A stretch of DNA of 64,000 nt from the human T2T-CHM13v2.0 reference genome, Homo sapiens, in NCBI RefSeq assembly GCF_009914755.1, contig NC_060936.1. One strand, 5' to 3'. Below are positions 1-13,965 of this stretch, piece after piece. The notes under the pieces are model-generated. The model saw only the letters and a list, made by a program, of their open reading frames with translations. It searched no databases and was not told the origin of the DNA. The position numbers and the translations under genes were made by a program. How positions within the stretch are numbered: position 1 is the stretch's first letter; each line of letters begins with the position of its first letter.

Positions 1-36
1 CCTGGGCAACAGAGTGAGATTCTGTTAAAAAAAAAA
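1..36 (+). mobile_element. Alu 3' end (cut by window edge)
   Basis: cctgggcaacagagtgagattctg followed by poly(A). Confidence 0.9.
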
Positions 37-458
<422 letters not shown>

Positions 459-473
459 ACTCTTCCCATTTAA

Positions 474-813
<340 letters not shown>

Positions 814-2057
814 CATTTCAGTTTGAGAAAAAGGAAGGTATGAAATTGCCAGTTACTGACAATTACAAATTCTTGAGGCTTTTGTATTTCTCAGTCCAAG
901 TTTGTGGGGCAACAGCAGGTGAAGAGCCAGCTTCTCTCTGTGGTCCCATTTTGAATGCTCTCTACACATTTCCTTCTTGAAAATATTCTATTGGATCAAT
1001 GCGTTTTGGAAACCCTGTTACCTAAAATCGTATCACTTTTCTTACACCAACTTCGTTTCTGTTACCTGGGTGAACCTAATACAATTTCCCTGTACATCTG
1101 TCAAGTTAATCCATTTGCCATCATCTTGTATTTTGAGTCAAAACTAATACATACACTAACCTTTAATTTATAACATGAATTTCATTAGATCAGGTGAGTT
1201 TAAAAGAAAGGCTTCATTTTGATCCCAAGATGTATTCTGTGAGCACCACTTAATATCACCCGTGTTCAGTGAGTTGAATAAATCTAGCTGCTCTGTTTGC
1301 TGCCTGTCTTACTAAACGCACTCAGAGTTTTAATGCTACTAGGTCTTCCCAAATTTTTGCTGAACAAAATATTTCAAAAAGAAATATTTAGGTCAGTTTG
1401 TTGAAGTAAACTTTACTCTGAAAACTTGGTTACAGAGTGGTTCAAACTTTCTGTTTTTAAATGATCGCATCCTTTTTAAAAAATGTTGTAGTCCTGTCCT
1501 CACAATTAAATGAAGGATGGGTCATAGGAATTGCATTTGCAATTATTGTTGTTAAGCTGTAATTATTACATTATGACTCATTTACTCCCCCAGATATGAT
1601 CTGTTTCATGAATACATTACTCTTTTTATAAAGAATTGGGTTTGGAGGCTGAAGTGCAGGGACTCTAAGGCCTGGTAATTCCCCCAGTTCGGAGATATTT
1701 TTTCTAACCAATTAACTTATGCACAAATCAAGTTCTCTGCTGGGGCAGGTGGGCCTCGCCACATTTCTCCATGCACACATTTTCTCTGGAACCATTCGTT
1801 TCTGTAGGTTTTTTTCCCCCTTTAAATGGCAGCAGAAGAAGGCAGCTTTATGAGGGCCAGCGGAAGACAGCAGGTATTTTGAAATCCTTTACCATTTGCA
1901 GGGAATCCTGGCCTTATCTTCCTCAGCTTCCACCACAGGAGCAAACAGTGGGGCAGAGCCTACATATACCTCTGGGTTGAGATTTCAGTCCCCAGGCCCA
2001 GTGTTAAAAGCTCATCACACTCTGCGTCTCTTGCTATTGTAGTGGCTGGTAAGTTTA

Positions 2058-2420
<363 letters not shown>

Positions 2421-2694
2421 TCAGTGTCCTACAATTGTCTCTATGGACAGCTTAGGGTTTGCCTTGAAATGAAGATAAAAGAGCTCCAGGAGTAATTTAA
2501 GGCCCCTGCATCTGGCAACAATAGAGAGGGGGACCCTGAACACCTACACATGGGAGTACTTAGGATTTTGTGTGCAACACGGAACACACTGAATAGAAGG
2601 TAAAAATAGAATGGTATGTAACAGTGTGCTTTGTATGTGTGTGTGAGCAAGTATGTGTGTTCACCCGTGTTATGAGTGGAAATTTAGACCTGAC

Positions 2695-3190
<496 letters not shown>

Positions 3191-3254
3191 AATGATAGCT
3201 ATTACTCTGGTTGATAATGTCAAGATCAGCTAAAATGCTTTCCTTTTGAAAATT

Positions 3255-3600
3255 TCTAGGCCTCAGTTTCCCCTTCTTTAAATAGCAATGATGACACATT
3301 CTAGGATTATTGCTAGGATTATATGCATTAGTACACTACAAATGCTCAAAGAGTCCTGGTAGCATACTGATTTCCAGGATGAACTCTTGAGCTGATATGG
3401 CTCCAGCGCCTAATACCTGTATGACTTTGCTCAGCCCACCTGATCTTTTTAGTTTCTGTCTCCTCATCTGTAAGAATGGAGATAACAATAGTACTTACTT
3501 CTTGGGGAAGAGGTGAGGATTAAATATCTCAAGGCAAGTAGAGAATTTAGAATGGTAACTGCTATGCAGTGGGTGTTATGTAGATGCCGGATATCGTTAT
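3255..3600 (+). mobile_element. Two tandem MIR fragments
   Basis: gcctcagtttcccc...ggattattgctaggatt and tctcctcatctgtaagaatggagataacaatagtac...gtgaggattaaat. Confidence 0.7.
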
Positions 3601-4039
3601 CTGTGAGAAACACTTGATTGCCTTCTCACTGTGCTCGCAGTAGACTGTGGGTCCTCTTGCTGCCTGTGCTGAGCCACGTGGTTTGAAGGGGCTCATCTGT
3701 ACAGTCTCACTTGGATTCCCATCCCCTCCTTGAGCTACCCCTACGTCACTATCATTTCATACAGGGCCTTCGAGATACAGCCACCAGCTTGCAAGATGGT
3801 GTTATATGTCCCCTGGCAAGGATTAAAAACTGTCCCACTGGTACTTAAAAGAAAGTATGTTTAGATCTCTGAGCAGTTTAGGGCTTGGCATGATATGGAG
3901 AAAAATGTTCAACTTCACAATAATGGGTTTATTGCATTTTTTAAAAGCACAATTGAATACCACCTTGATGACAAGGTCTACTTGCACTCACGTGCACAGC
4001 CCCTGGCCTGACAGCTCAGCAACTCCCAGGCAGGGTGGA

Positions 4040-4205
4040 GAGTTTGCAGGGTCTGAGTTCAATAGTGGTGTGTCTTTGGGCAGGTTCTTTGACCACAGAA
4101 GCCTTGGCCTTCACCTGTAAAAGATGGGTAACCAAGTGTCTCCGTGAGAAAAAGATAAGTAAATGCATAGATAAGCATCTAGGATACAACAAGTACTCAA
4201 TGAGA
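4040..4205 (+). mobile_element. MIR fragment
   Basis: gtgtgtctttgggcagg...cacctgtaaaagatggg...aagtactcaat. Confidence 0.6.
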
Positions 4206-4301
4206 CAACAGTAAAATCCTGGCAAAAAGGCTACATGCTTAGCAGATACTGTGTGTGCACACGCTTTTACAACAACACGATGGAGCAAAATTGGAATTTT
4301 A

Positions 4302-4674
<373 letters not shown>

Positions 4675-4699
4675 TCATTTCCCAGTCTTCTTACATAAT

Positions 4700-4905
4700 T
4701 GTTTATATTTTCTGAGAATCACTGTATGTCTGGTACTATTGTAAATATACCAAAATTTCTATGCAACCCTCACTAAATATCTCTGAGGTGATATGTTCTT
4801 TATTAGCCCCATTTAGTAGAAGTGGAAGCTGGGAAAGGGAGGTAAAATATTGTGCATAAGACCAGGCACTGACAGATCCAGGATTTAAATTCAGGCAGTC
4901 TGCCT
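4700..4905 (-). mobile_element. MIR
   Basis: tattagccccattt...gga(a)gctg...ccaggatttaaattcaggcagtctg. Confidence 0.65.
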
Positions 4906-5269
4906 GCTGAAAAGCAACTCAGCATCGGAGAAATTACAATTTCACAATAACATTTCCCCTAGAGCTTCAGATAGTATGAAAACATTAAAGCAGACCATCA
5001 AGGTTTCATAAAAAAGCACATTTCATATATCTCAAATTGTCTTTACCTGATCTTCCTACACTCTTCCTTCTACTGTGTGGAAAGCAGTAATACTTGCTTA
5101 TTATTTTCTACCATTATTATTTTTCTTTCTTCACACATATTTTGCAAAAATATTCATTTTACTCTGAGAACTGAGATCCCCTCAGTGAGAGGGGTGAATG
5201 TCCCACATGGTGAAGTTCTTACCTGGTGTATTTTGGCCAGCCCAGGGTTAACCCAACTTTCTCTCTCTC

Positions 5270-5790
5270 TGTATCATTCGCTGGTTAGTAGTAAAGGTTT
5301 CCTAATGGCTGTACAGGCAATCTCCAAATTTTAGTGGCATCAGCAATTTTCCAAAACACAGATGTATTTCTTCTTCAAATTCCAGTACAAATTGTATTGA
5401 GTGGTGGAGAGGCTCTGTTCTGCACTTTTTAAAGAGACCCAGATTCTTTCCACGTTTAAGTTAAAGACTGAGGTCACTCCACAATGAAAAAATACATCAT
5501 GGAATCTCCTTTATGATATTTATGGTTGGACTCATAATTTTGATTGGTAAGAACTCAGTCACATAACCCCATAGTAAAATTATTTTCATTTGCCAGCACT
5601 CAGTCACATGACCCCCTACTCACATAATTTTCATTGATCAGAACTCAGTCACATGACCCCAGATTCACATCATTTTATTGGCCAGAACTGAATCACATGA
5701 CCCCAACCCAAACTCAAGAGAGGACAGGAAAATTAGTCTAAGGCAGAGCCCTAGAAAGAAAATTAAGTGGGTCGGTGAGTGCATTGTATG
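5270..5790 (-). mobile_element. MLT1-family (ERVL-MaLR) LTR with internal 45-bp tandem array
   Basis: attggccagaac..tcacatgacccc...ggaaaattagtcta matches the MLT1 reverse-strand pattern. Confidence 0.65.
5531..5704. repeat. Tandem repeat, ~45 bp x4
   Basis: gaactcagtc-like anchors at 5551, 5596, 5641, 5685. Confidence 0.9.
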
Positions 5791-7314
5791 ATCCTTGCCA
5801 TTACCTGGACTAACGGTCTTGAGCTTGTTAGTTCTGCTTTCTCAGCCACGAGTTCCTATGCTTTCCATGTCCCTGCTGAGCATTGTCATTCAGGGAAATG
5901 GCAGAAATGTTCCCTCAGTCTGTCAACATTGCCTATTCCAAAGGCCAGGGAGGTCTGACCTCTGTTTGCTCAGTTGCAGCTGGCCCTGGAGAAAAGTTAC
6001 AAGTATCAGAATATGAAAATAAAAGATCTTTCTGCAGGAATTCAGCCTTATCAAACCCTAACATTGCTTCATACTTTGACAAACAGGAGAAATGAGGCCT
6101 AAAAATTAATTGCTGAATTTCATGTGCAGAGAGCTGATCCTTTCTTCCAAAGTTAGTCCTACCAATGGACTAAAGCAGCAGCATTTTGTAAACAAAATCT
6201 AATCTTCAGCCACACTTCTGGAATTGCAAACTTCCATCACGTTTCTCATAATTATCAGATACTAATAACAGCACAGGCACAAGAGAAAGTTATATTTAGA
6301 AGCACAGTTACCCGGAAAAGTAATTCTCCTCTGAGCTGGATGATTCTGAGTGAATTTGATGTCAACTATTTTCACACCTCCAACACACAAACTTAATCTA
6401 CAGTCCTTCTATAAATAAAATCAGAAGTAAAGTGTATGCTGATGAGAGTTTTATGTTCTTGAGTTTTCTTCTCTAAAACTTAGGTAGCAAAGAATTCTGT
6501 CTAATCCCCAGTCAATGGCACATAAATATTGGTTCATGCATGGCTGTCTCTTAAACTTTTCCCATCTCTATCCTTATCTCTGTCTCCACTAAATTCTCCT
6601 GCACTGCCTCCCCGACCCCATCTAATTGATTGATTCATGTCCTTGGGTGACATCTTTGAAAAATAGATGGTAAAAGTTTGTATACACACGCATCTTAAAT
6701 TCACATCCTATTGTGCCGTAGAGTTTGTTTCTTAGTTTTCTTCATTCAGCACTATGCTTTGGAGAGCTCTCAAGGGTGCTGTTGGTTTCTCTAGTTCATT
6801 GCCACTGTGAGTTGTAACTGATAGAGCTCTATCTTCCTGCTCCCATTCGTAAATACACATCACGAGAATAGTCTGTGTCCACTAAATTCAAGTAATTTCT
6901 CAGTCCACTGGGTTAAGATAAATTTCCATTGCCCGAAATGTGGCCTTAGTAGAGATAAACACTCCATTTGCCCACTTATTTTTAACTAATATTTCAATTT
7001 AATTGAAATGAAACATTCAAGATCCATTTTTTCCTAGGCGTTTAACTTACAAACCTCAATATTATATTTATAAAGCTAATACATTTTACAATTTAAGCTA
7101 AATTAAACTTTTTCAAATATTTTAAACTGCATTATAAATTTAATGTTTTGATTTATTTTAAAGCTATTGAGATGCTACATTACAAAAACTATAAGTGCTT
7201 AAATAATACTAATAAATGTAATATATTCAACTTTGAAATAGAGTGATCTGACGTTCTGTTAAACATGCTAATATTGTTTAAACTTAAATGTCTTTTTAAA
7301 TCTTTCAACTTAAT

Positions 7315-7510
7315 TATATATATATATTTTTTATTATACTTTAAGTTCTAGGGTACATGTGCACAACGTGCAGGTTTTTTACATATGTATACATGTGCCA
7401 TGTTGGTGTGCTGCACCCATTAACTCGTCATTTACATTAGATATATCTCCTAATGCTATCCATCCTGTGATGTTCCCCTTCCTGTGTCCAAGTGTTCTCA
7501 TTGTTCAATT
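7315..7510 (-). mobile_element. 5'-truncated L1PA 3' end with internal deletion
   Basis: ttattatactttaagttctagggtacatgtgcacaacgtgcagg...ccaagtgttctcattgttcaatt. Confidence 0.93.
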
Positions 7511-9239
7511 AATATCACAAGCCTATATTATTTTCTAAGTTGTATGTTTTAATTTAGACCACAAGGCTAATCTGTCACCCCAGTGTGCCAAATTTAAATA
7601 TTTCAAATACTTAAATACAAAATATATTACAATTCCATCTATAGCTTAACACTAAAATATTACTAGAGGCTTGATTCACTTCAATATCTTGATTCTTATT
7701 TCTAAACCTTCCTAGTATGAAATGCCCACTGAGGAAATAGCTTTACTCTCTGCAGCAATCAGGGCCAATTGCCCAAGCAAGTGGGGAGTTTTTGTCCCAC
7801 AGTGATCAAGGGTCTTTCCTCGGTGGGGTGTGATTACTTGTTGACCAGAAATGTTCAATTGAGAAACAATCTGGAACTGCAAATATCACAGAGGTTATTC
7901 TCACCACCCAGAGGGACTCCTTGAGGTTTTTCCAGCATCTTTATGTCAAGCTGTGATCTGAGTCCATGCCCTCCAGGAACCAGACATCTAGATTCAAGTC
8001 ACACAGTAGCCAAAGGTAATTTTATAATGAACTCTTCCATCCAGGATGCCTCCCCATAATTGTTATCACCAAATGTATTTAAGCCTTGCTTCTGTCCTGC
8101 ATTATTTTTCCAACTTGCCTGTCTATGAAGACCTGTGGTTGAAGCCTGCATATTTGTTGTGTTCTAGTCCTTCTAGCTGTTTTCTTCTAGTTCAATAATT
8201 TATAGCATCTGAGGCACTTCATGAAGATGACCCCAGCAATTGTTATTCCTAAAAATAGCAACTTAGAAAATAATTTTTAAGCTTTGATCACCTGTTACTA
8301 GCTTTGTTAACTTTATTGATTTAAATAGCAAACTTTAAAATTTAGTATATCTGGCTCTTTTTAATGTTAAAGTACCAGATATGATAAAAATAATGCATAC
8401 AAATTCAATTATTGTAAAATATCTTACTACTATACTTTCTTCTTAATATATTCTAAAATATCAACACAACAGACTCTTCATTTTTCATGATTTTACTAAT
8501 TTGTTACTATAAATACACACATATACATAATTTAAAACTGTCAATGATTATGATTAATAAAAACACTAGATTTTAATAGAATATGAAATATCTATATGTA
8601 ATAAATATCCCCTACATATTAAAAATAATTAAAATACATATCCTATTATAGTCTTCAATGTTGCATTTCATACTGGTAATCATAATATTACATATTATAA
8701 TAATGTCAGTAATAGTACTAACTCAATGCTTTTCACTAACTTATTGTAATTATCTATAATAATCATTATTTTTTTTGTTGCTGTTTTTGGTACTCAAGAT
8801 CATTAAAATACATCCAATTAAATCATGTTAACTAAGTGTTAAACTGTTTTCTGCCTTTTGAATGTCATGCTGAATTTTTAAACATTGTTTTTTTTAAGCA
8901 TCCTTGCTTGCTTTCTGGCAACAGTCAAAAATTATAACCTCTTCTGATTTACTTTGTTGTCTGTTTGTTGTCTCAGGATTGAGAATCAACAGCCAACCCC
9001 TGCCTATCTCCTGGATTTCTTTAGTATGGAATTGGTGTTGAAGGTGAAAATCTGGACACTATGGGTAGTGATGGCTGGCAAGAGGTTTCTTCTATTCTTG
9101 GCTCATTTGTAGATTCTGATCTGGAGAAACTACATATATTTTTATGGTCATGAATTTAACTTGCAGTTTCAAATTTAACATATTATGTTGCTATCATTAA
9201 TGCTTCTCAAGATGCCAAGTTTTCTTAACCTCTAGGACT

Positions 9240-10065
9240 TTCTTCTGTGTTATTGACTCTTTGACTCCTCACTGGGTATACTCCCTGGGTTGGCTATTTA
9301 TGTTATGAGGCTTCCTAATATTTTGATTTTCTTTCTACAGCCCATTGTTTTCCCAGTGGACTACTCCCCATAGTGGTTGTACCTGCCCTCATGGCTTGAA
9401 GTACTGACTGTAAGCTGTTAACTGCCAAGTCTTTACCCTCAGAACTCATACCAGAGATTCAGACTCACATCACCACCTACCAACCAAGTAACTCCACTTG
9501 GATTTCCACAGACACCCAAAGGATCTCATTATCTTCTAAAATTGCTCCTCTTTGGTCTTGTCATCATGTCTTTTCTCTCTTAGTCAAAGATGCTACCATC
9601 TCAGGTCATCTAAGATAGAGTTCTTAATGTCAACCCTCATCTCTATCCAGCCCTAAAACCAGCCTTCTCATTTTGCATCTCCAAAGTATTTCTTCCATAG
9701 CCCTTAAATAATCCTAGTATGTAATATATTAAACTTTGAAATAGAGTGATCTCAGGTTCTGTTAAACATGCTAATATTGTTTAAACTTAAATGCCTTTTT
9801 CCTTTTTCCATCACCACTACTACAGCTCAGATCCTCACGGATCATTACCCGGACTATTGCAGTAGACCCCTAAGTGATCTTGCTTCAAGATCACTTCAAG
9901 TCAAGCCTCTCTCCTAATCACTCTCAACATTTCAGCCACAGTTTTATTTCTAAAATATTAGTATATTCATTTCACTCTTATGATTATTTTGAATCACTCT
10001 GTGAAACCCTGTTTGTTTCTCTGAGTAAAGTTCATCCTCAGTGATGTGTTATACAAGGCTTTTTA
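9240..10065 (+). mobile_element. L2 fragment
   Basis: ccacttggatt, ctctcttagtcaaagatgctaccatc, cccggactattgcagtag are L2-type motifs. Confidence 0.65.
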
Positions 10066-10209
10066 TATCATGATTAACACAATAAGATGCTTAATTATGA
10101 AACTTAACGTGTCTGCATCCCACTCCCTAGGCTTCAAGAAGAAGGACAGAAATTGCATATTTTTGAAAAGGTTATTCTAATGTACAGCTGGGTTTGTGAT
10201 CCACTTATA

Positions 10210-10600
10210 ACCCCTGGAAACCACTAACCTGTTCTCCATAATTTTGTCATTTCTGGAATGTCACATAAGTAACATCATACAGTATGTAACTCTATGGGAT
10301 TGGCTCTTTTTTTGTCTCGGCATAATTCATCCAGGTTTTTTGTGTTTACCAATAGTACATTCTTTGTTATTGCCAGGCAGTATTTCTACATATGAAAGTA
10401 TCATAGATTGTATAGCCATTAACTCATTGAAGGACATGTGAGTTGTTTCCACAATTTGGCTATTATGAATAAAGCTTCTACAAACATTTGTGTACAAGTT
10501 GTTGTGTGAACATCCATCTTCATTTCTCTGGGATAAAAGTCCAAATATACAATGGCTAGATCACATGGTAGTTGTGTGTTTAGGTATAAAAAGAAGCCGA
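10210..10600 (-). mobile_element. Old L1M 3' region
   Basis: cccctggaaaccactaacctgttctc...gctattatgaataaagcttctacaaacatt. Confidence 0.75.
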
Positions 10601-12436
10601 GACTTTTGGAGATTAAGTGAGAAAATCCACATAAAGAATCTCTAACAAAACACTGAGTAAAATATGCCTATCATTATTGATGTTACTATTAGTATTAATA
10701 ACAGAAATACCAACAGTGAGGACCTACACTTGGTTATTCAAAGCATGTGATGAGGGCATTGATTGCCACCTGGTGACACCATGCTTTGGTCATTTGCCAT
10801 TCTCTTTCAGGTGAACCAAACTTGTGATTACTTTATTTTCAATTATAAATAGAAAAAAATCAACCAATCAACCAGACAAACTAACAAAAAAAGAATCAAC
10901 TGAGTATTATGTAATGCAGTGATTGAAAATATTAAGGAAGAGTTGTGAATGGTTGTACTTTGTATACCTCTTAGAAACATGATGCTATTAAAGGATATAA
11001 TTATATGTATTATGGCATGTATAGATAAGTGAAGATTGATCATTATACTAGCATATAATTATCATAATCTAGAATATGATTACTCTTGGGGAGACCAAAG
11101 ACAGATCCAAATTAAGCATTACTTAAAATGATGTTATGAAATCAAATAGTTAAAAAAAAGAGCAACAATAAGCAGCATTCACCCAACACTTGGGATAGAG
11201 GGGCCTTCCCTACCAGAGTCTTGCTGATCTGGTAATTAAGCAAGAGGAAACATATTTATTTTGGATCCTGTAGCAGAATCTCTCCAGGCTCATGATCCAC
11301 CCACCTTTCTGTTCTGCTCTCTCCTAGCACTCTTTCCACTGCCCATCCTCAACCCTCACCCCCAGGGAGAAAATACTTTGCTAGTCTTCAGATCGGGACA
11401 CTCAGTAACTACATTTTCCTTTCTGACCTCAGTCTGGGGCTTTAATTATAAACCAATGGAACAAAACAGGGAGTTGAGTGAGAAAGACACAAAAGGAAAT
11501 AAAAACAAATATACACTGGTGGAATATTTTTAAAGACTCCAAGATGAGAGTATTATTATTTATACTTATTTATGGGTGTGATAAAGACTAAATGAGGTGG
11601 ATAGTTTTGTGGTTTGACTCTCAGGTTTTAAAGAGGAATGGCTGTTGGTTTCTCAATTCCCAATGAGGTGACTTGCTAGGGAAGAAAGGTTATTTCTCAG
11701 AAACTGGATCTGTCAGCAAGTGTGTTCAGTTGCGTACAATTCTTTACATTGTACAATACAAAATACTCTTTTATATCAGGAAACATGACTGTCTCTCTCT
11801 TCTGAATAATGTACTTTTCTTCTTAGCAGAAATAAGGCATTATCATTGACTGCATGTTTCTGAGGATAGCACCCCAGAGCCTGTGGGTTGCTGTGGGCAG
11901 CAATAAAGAGTACTGCAGTGCTTTTCAACTATATTCTTAGATCTTATTTTCCTCTCCCCCTCCCTCTCAGCCTCTCATCTAAAGTAAACTCTTCCAAAAC
12001 AGTAATTGAACAAGCAAATAAAATGCCAAGGCACCTAAGTCAACTCTTTTCCAAAACAATCATCAAACAAGCAAACAAAATGCCAAGGTTATGATAACAG
12101 CAGCTTTTGAAAGTTGTGTAAGAAACACAATCAACCCTCCTTTTCCACGAACAGGGAGTGATTTCCAGTAATTTTCTCAGTACTTGAGGTTTAGCCATTT
12201 TGAAAAATCTTTTTTAAAATGAAAAGAAGGAGGGAGCATGGACGTTCAGAGAGGGAGGCTGAACAAGAGGCACCCCAGGCTTTCTCTGGGCCAAGGAAAT
12301 CGTTATTTGCTTCCCTGCTTCCCATCCTATGATTTTTGCATTAAACTACTTCCTTCTCCAGGTCAGTCCAGAGGAGGGATATCATTCACTATTGAAATTA
12401 AGATAAATTTAAAAATTTAAAGATGTACATTCTGGG

Positions 12437-12449
12437 GAGAGAGAGAGAG

Positions 12450-12486
<37 letters not shown>

Positions 12487-12509
12487 TAGAGAGAGAGAGA
12501 GAAAGAGAG
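12437..12509. repeat. (GA)n microsatellite
   Basis: Interrupted GA run. Confidence 0.95.
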
Positions 12510-13259
12510 CAATTCTTTATAAACCTTGGAATTTTGCCATATTCTGTTCCATTAGAATTGTCTTCAGGGAGAGCCTCTGGGGTGAGACAGGAGATATGAA
12601 TAAATACTTGCTTCTTCATGAAAACTAAGAATTAACTTTTTCTTAGTTCCGCAGCCTCTCCTCCCTAGCATCTCTCTGTGTTGAGCATATTTTTGACCTA
12701 TGTTTGTCATATGACATGGTTCCTAAAAATAGCGTCTCAGTTATGCAAACAGCACATAGCAATCCATTTACACCCTACAGGGAAACTGGGTTCCACTGGG
12801 TCTATTGAGTAATGTTAACCAGATGTTGTTTTCATTTTCACATTCCCTTTCAATCCCAAACCTGGAATAAGGTGTCCTTTCATCAGTCCTTCCACCTTGT
12901 CCAGGATGTTGTTTCTATCTGTATCTTACAGAGGAAGGAAACATGTCTAACCTCAACCCACTGGTGTATGCTAGGGCATCCTGTGTGATTTGTCCTTACT
13001 GTCTCCTAGGATAGTAATACACACACACACACACTTTGTTTCCTCTCTTTCTGCATGAAGCACACAGTTCTGGCCAGCAGGCCTCACACTGTTTTTTGGA
13101 GCTGTGGTGATGAGCAGGCCCAAAGGCCTGACACCCCCGGCATCTGGGTTCCCCATGTCTGCTCTACAGACACAGGTTTCACTGTGGAGGCTGGGTGTAA
13201 AGGCTGTTTTATCCTGGCCTATGGCTGTCATGGGAATCTGGCTTAAGAAGGTCTACCTT

Positions 13260-13965
13260 GGCTGGTCGTGGTGGCTCACGCCTGTAATCCCAACACTTTG
13301 GGAAGCTGAGGTGGGTGGATCGCTTGAGTTCAGGAGTTTGAGACCAGCCTGGCCAACATGGTGAAACCCCATCTCTACTAAAAATACAAAAATTAGCCGA
13401 GTGTGTTGGTACGCACCTGCAGTCCCAGCTACTCGGGAGGCTGAGGCAGGGAGAATTGCTTGAGCCTAAGAGGTAGAGGTTGCAGTGAGCCAAAACAACT
13501 GAAATGTGGTTCAATAAGTTAATGGCTATACAAACTAGGATACATTCATAGGTAGGAATCCTGCTTGGCAATAACAAAGAATATACCATTGGTAAACACA
13601 AAAAACCTGGATAAATTATGCTGAGTGAAAAAATAAAGCCAATCCCATAGAGTTACATATGGTATGTTTTCATTTATGTGATATTCCAGAAATGACAAAA
13701 TTATGGAGAACAGATTAGTGGTTTTGAGGGCTTATAAGTGGATCACAAACCCAGGTGTACATTAGAATAACCTTTTCAAAAATATGCAATTTCTGTCCTT
13801 GAAGCCTAGGGAGTGGGATGCAGCCACATTAAGACTCATGATTAAGCACCTTATTGTGTTAATCATGATATAAAGAGCCTTGTATAACACAAAAGCCGAG
13901 ATCGCGCCACTGCACTTTAGCCTGGGTGACAGAGTGGGATTCTGTCCGCTCCCGCCAAAAAAAAA
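13260..13965 (+). mobile_element. AluS (Sz-like) split by a ~400-bp non-Alu insert
   Basis: Alu runs 13260-13491 and resumes at ~13894 (agccgagatcgcgccactgcac); TSD agaaggtctacc at 13246 and 13968. Confidence 0.93.
13493..13891 (-). repeat. Inverted duplicate of 10045-10448
   Basis: Reverse complement aligns over ~400 bp; 13732-13800 vs 10142-10210 differ at 1 of 69 positions. Confidence 0.95.
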
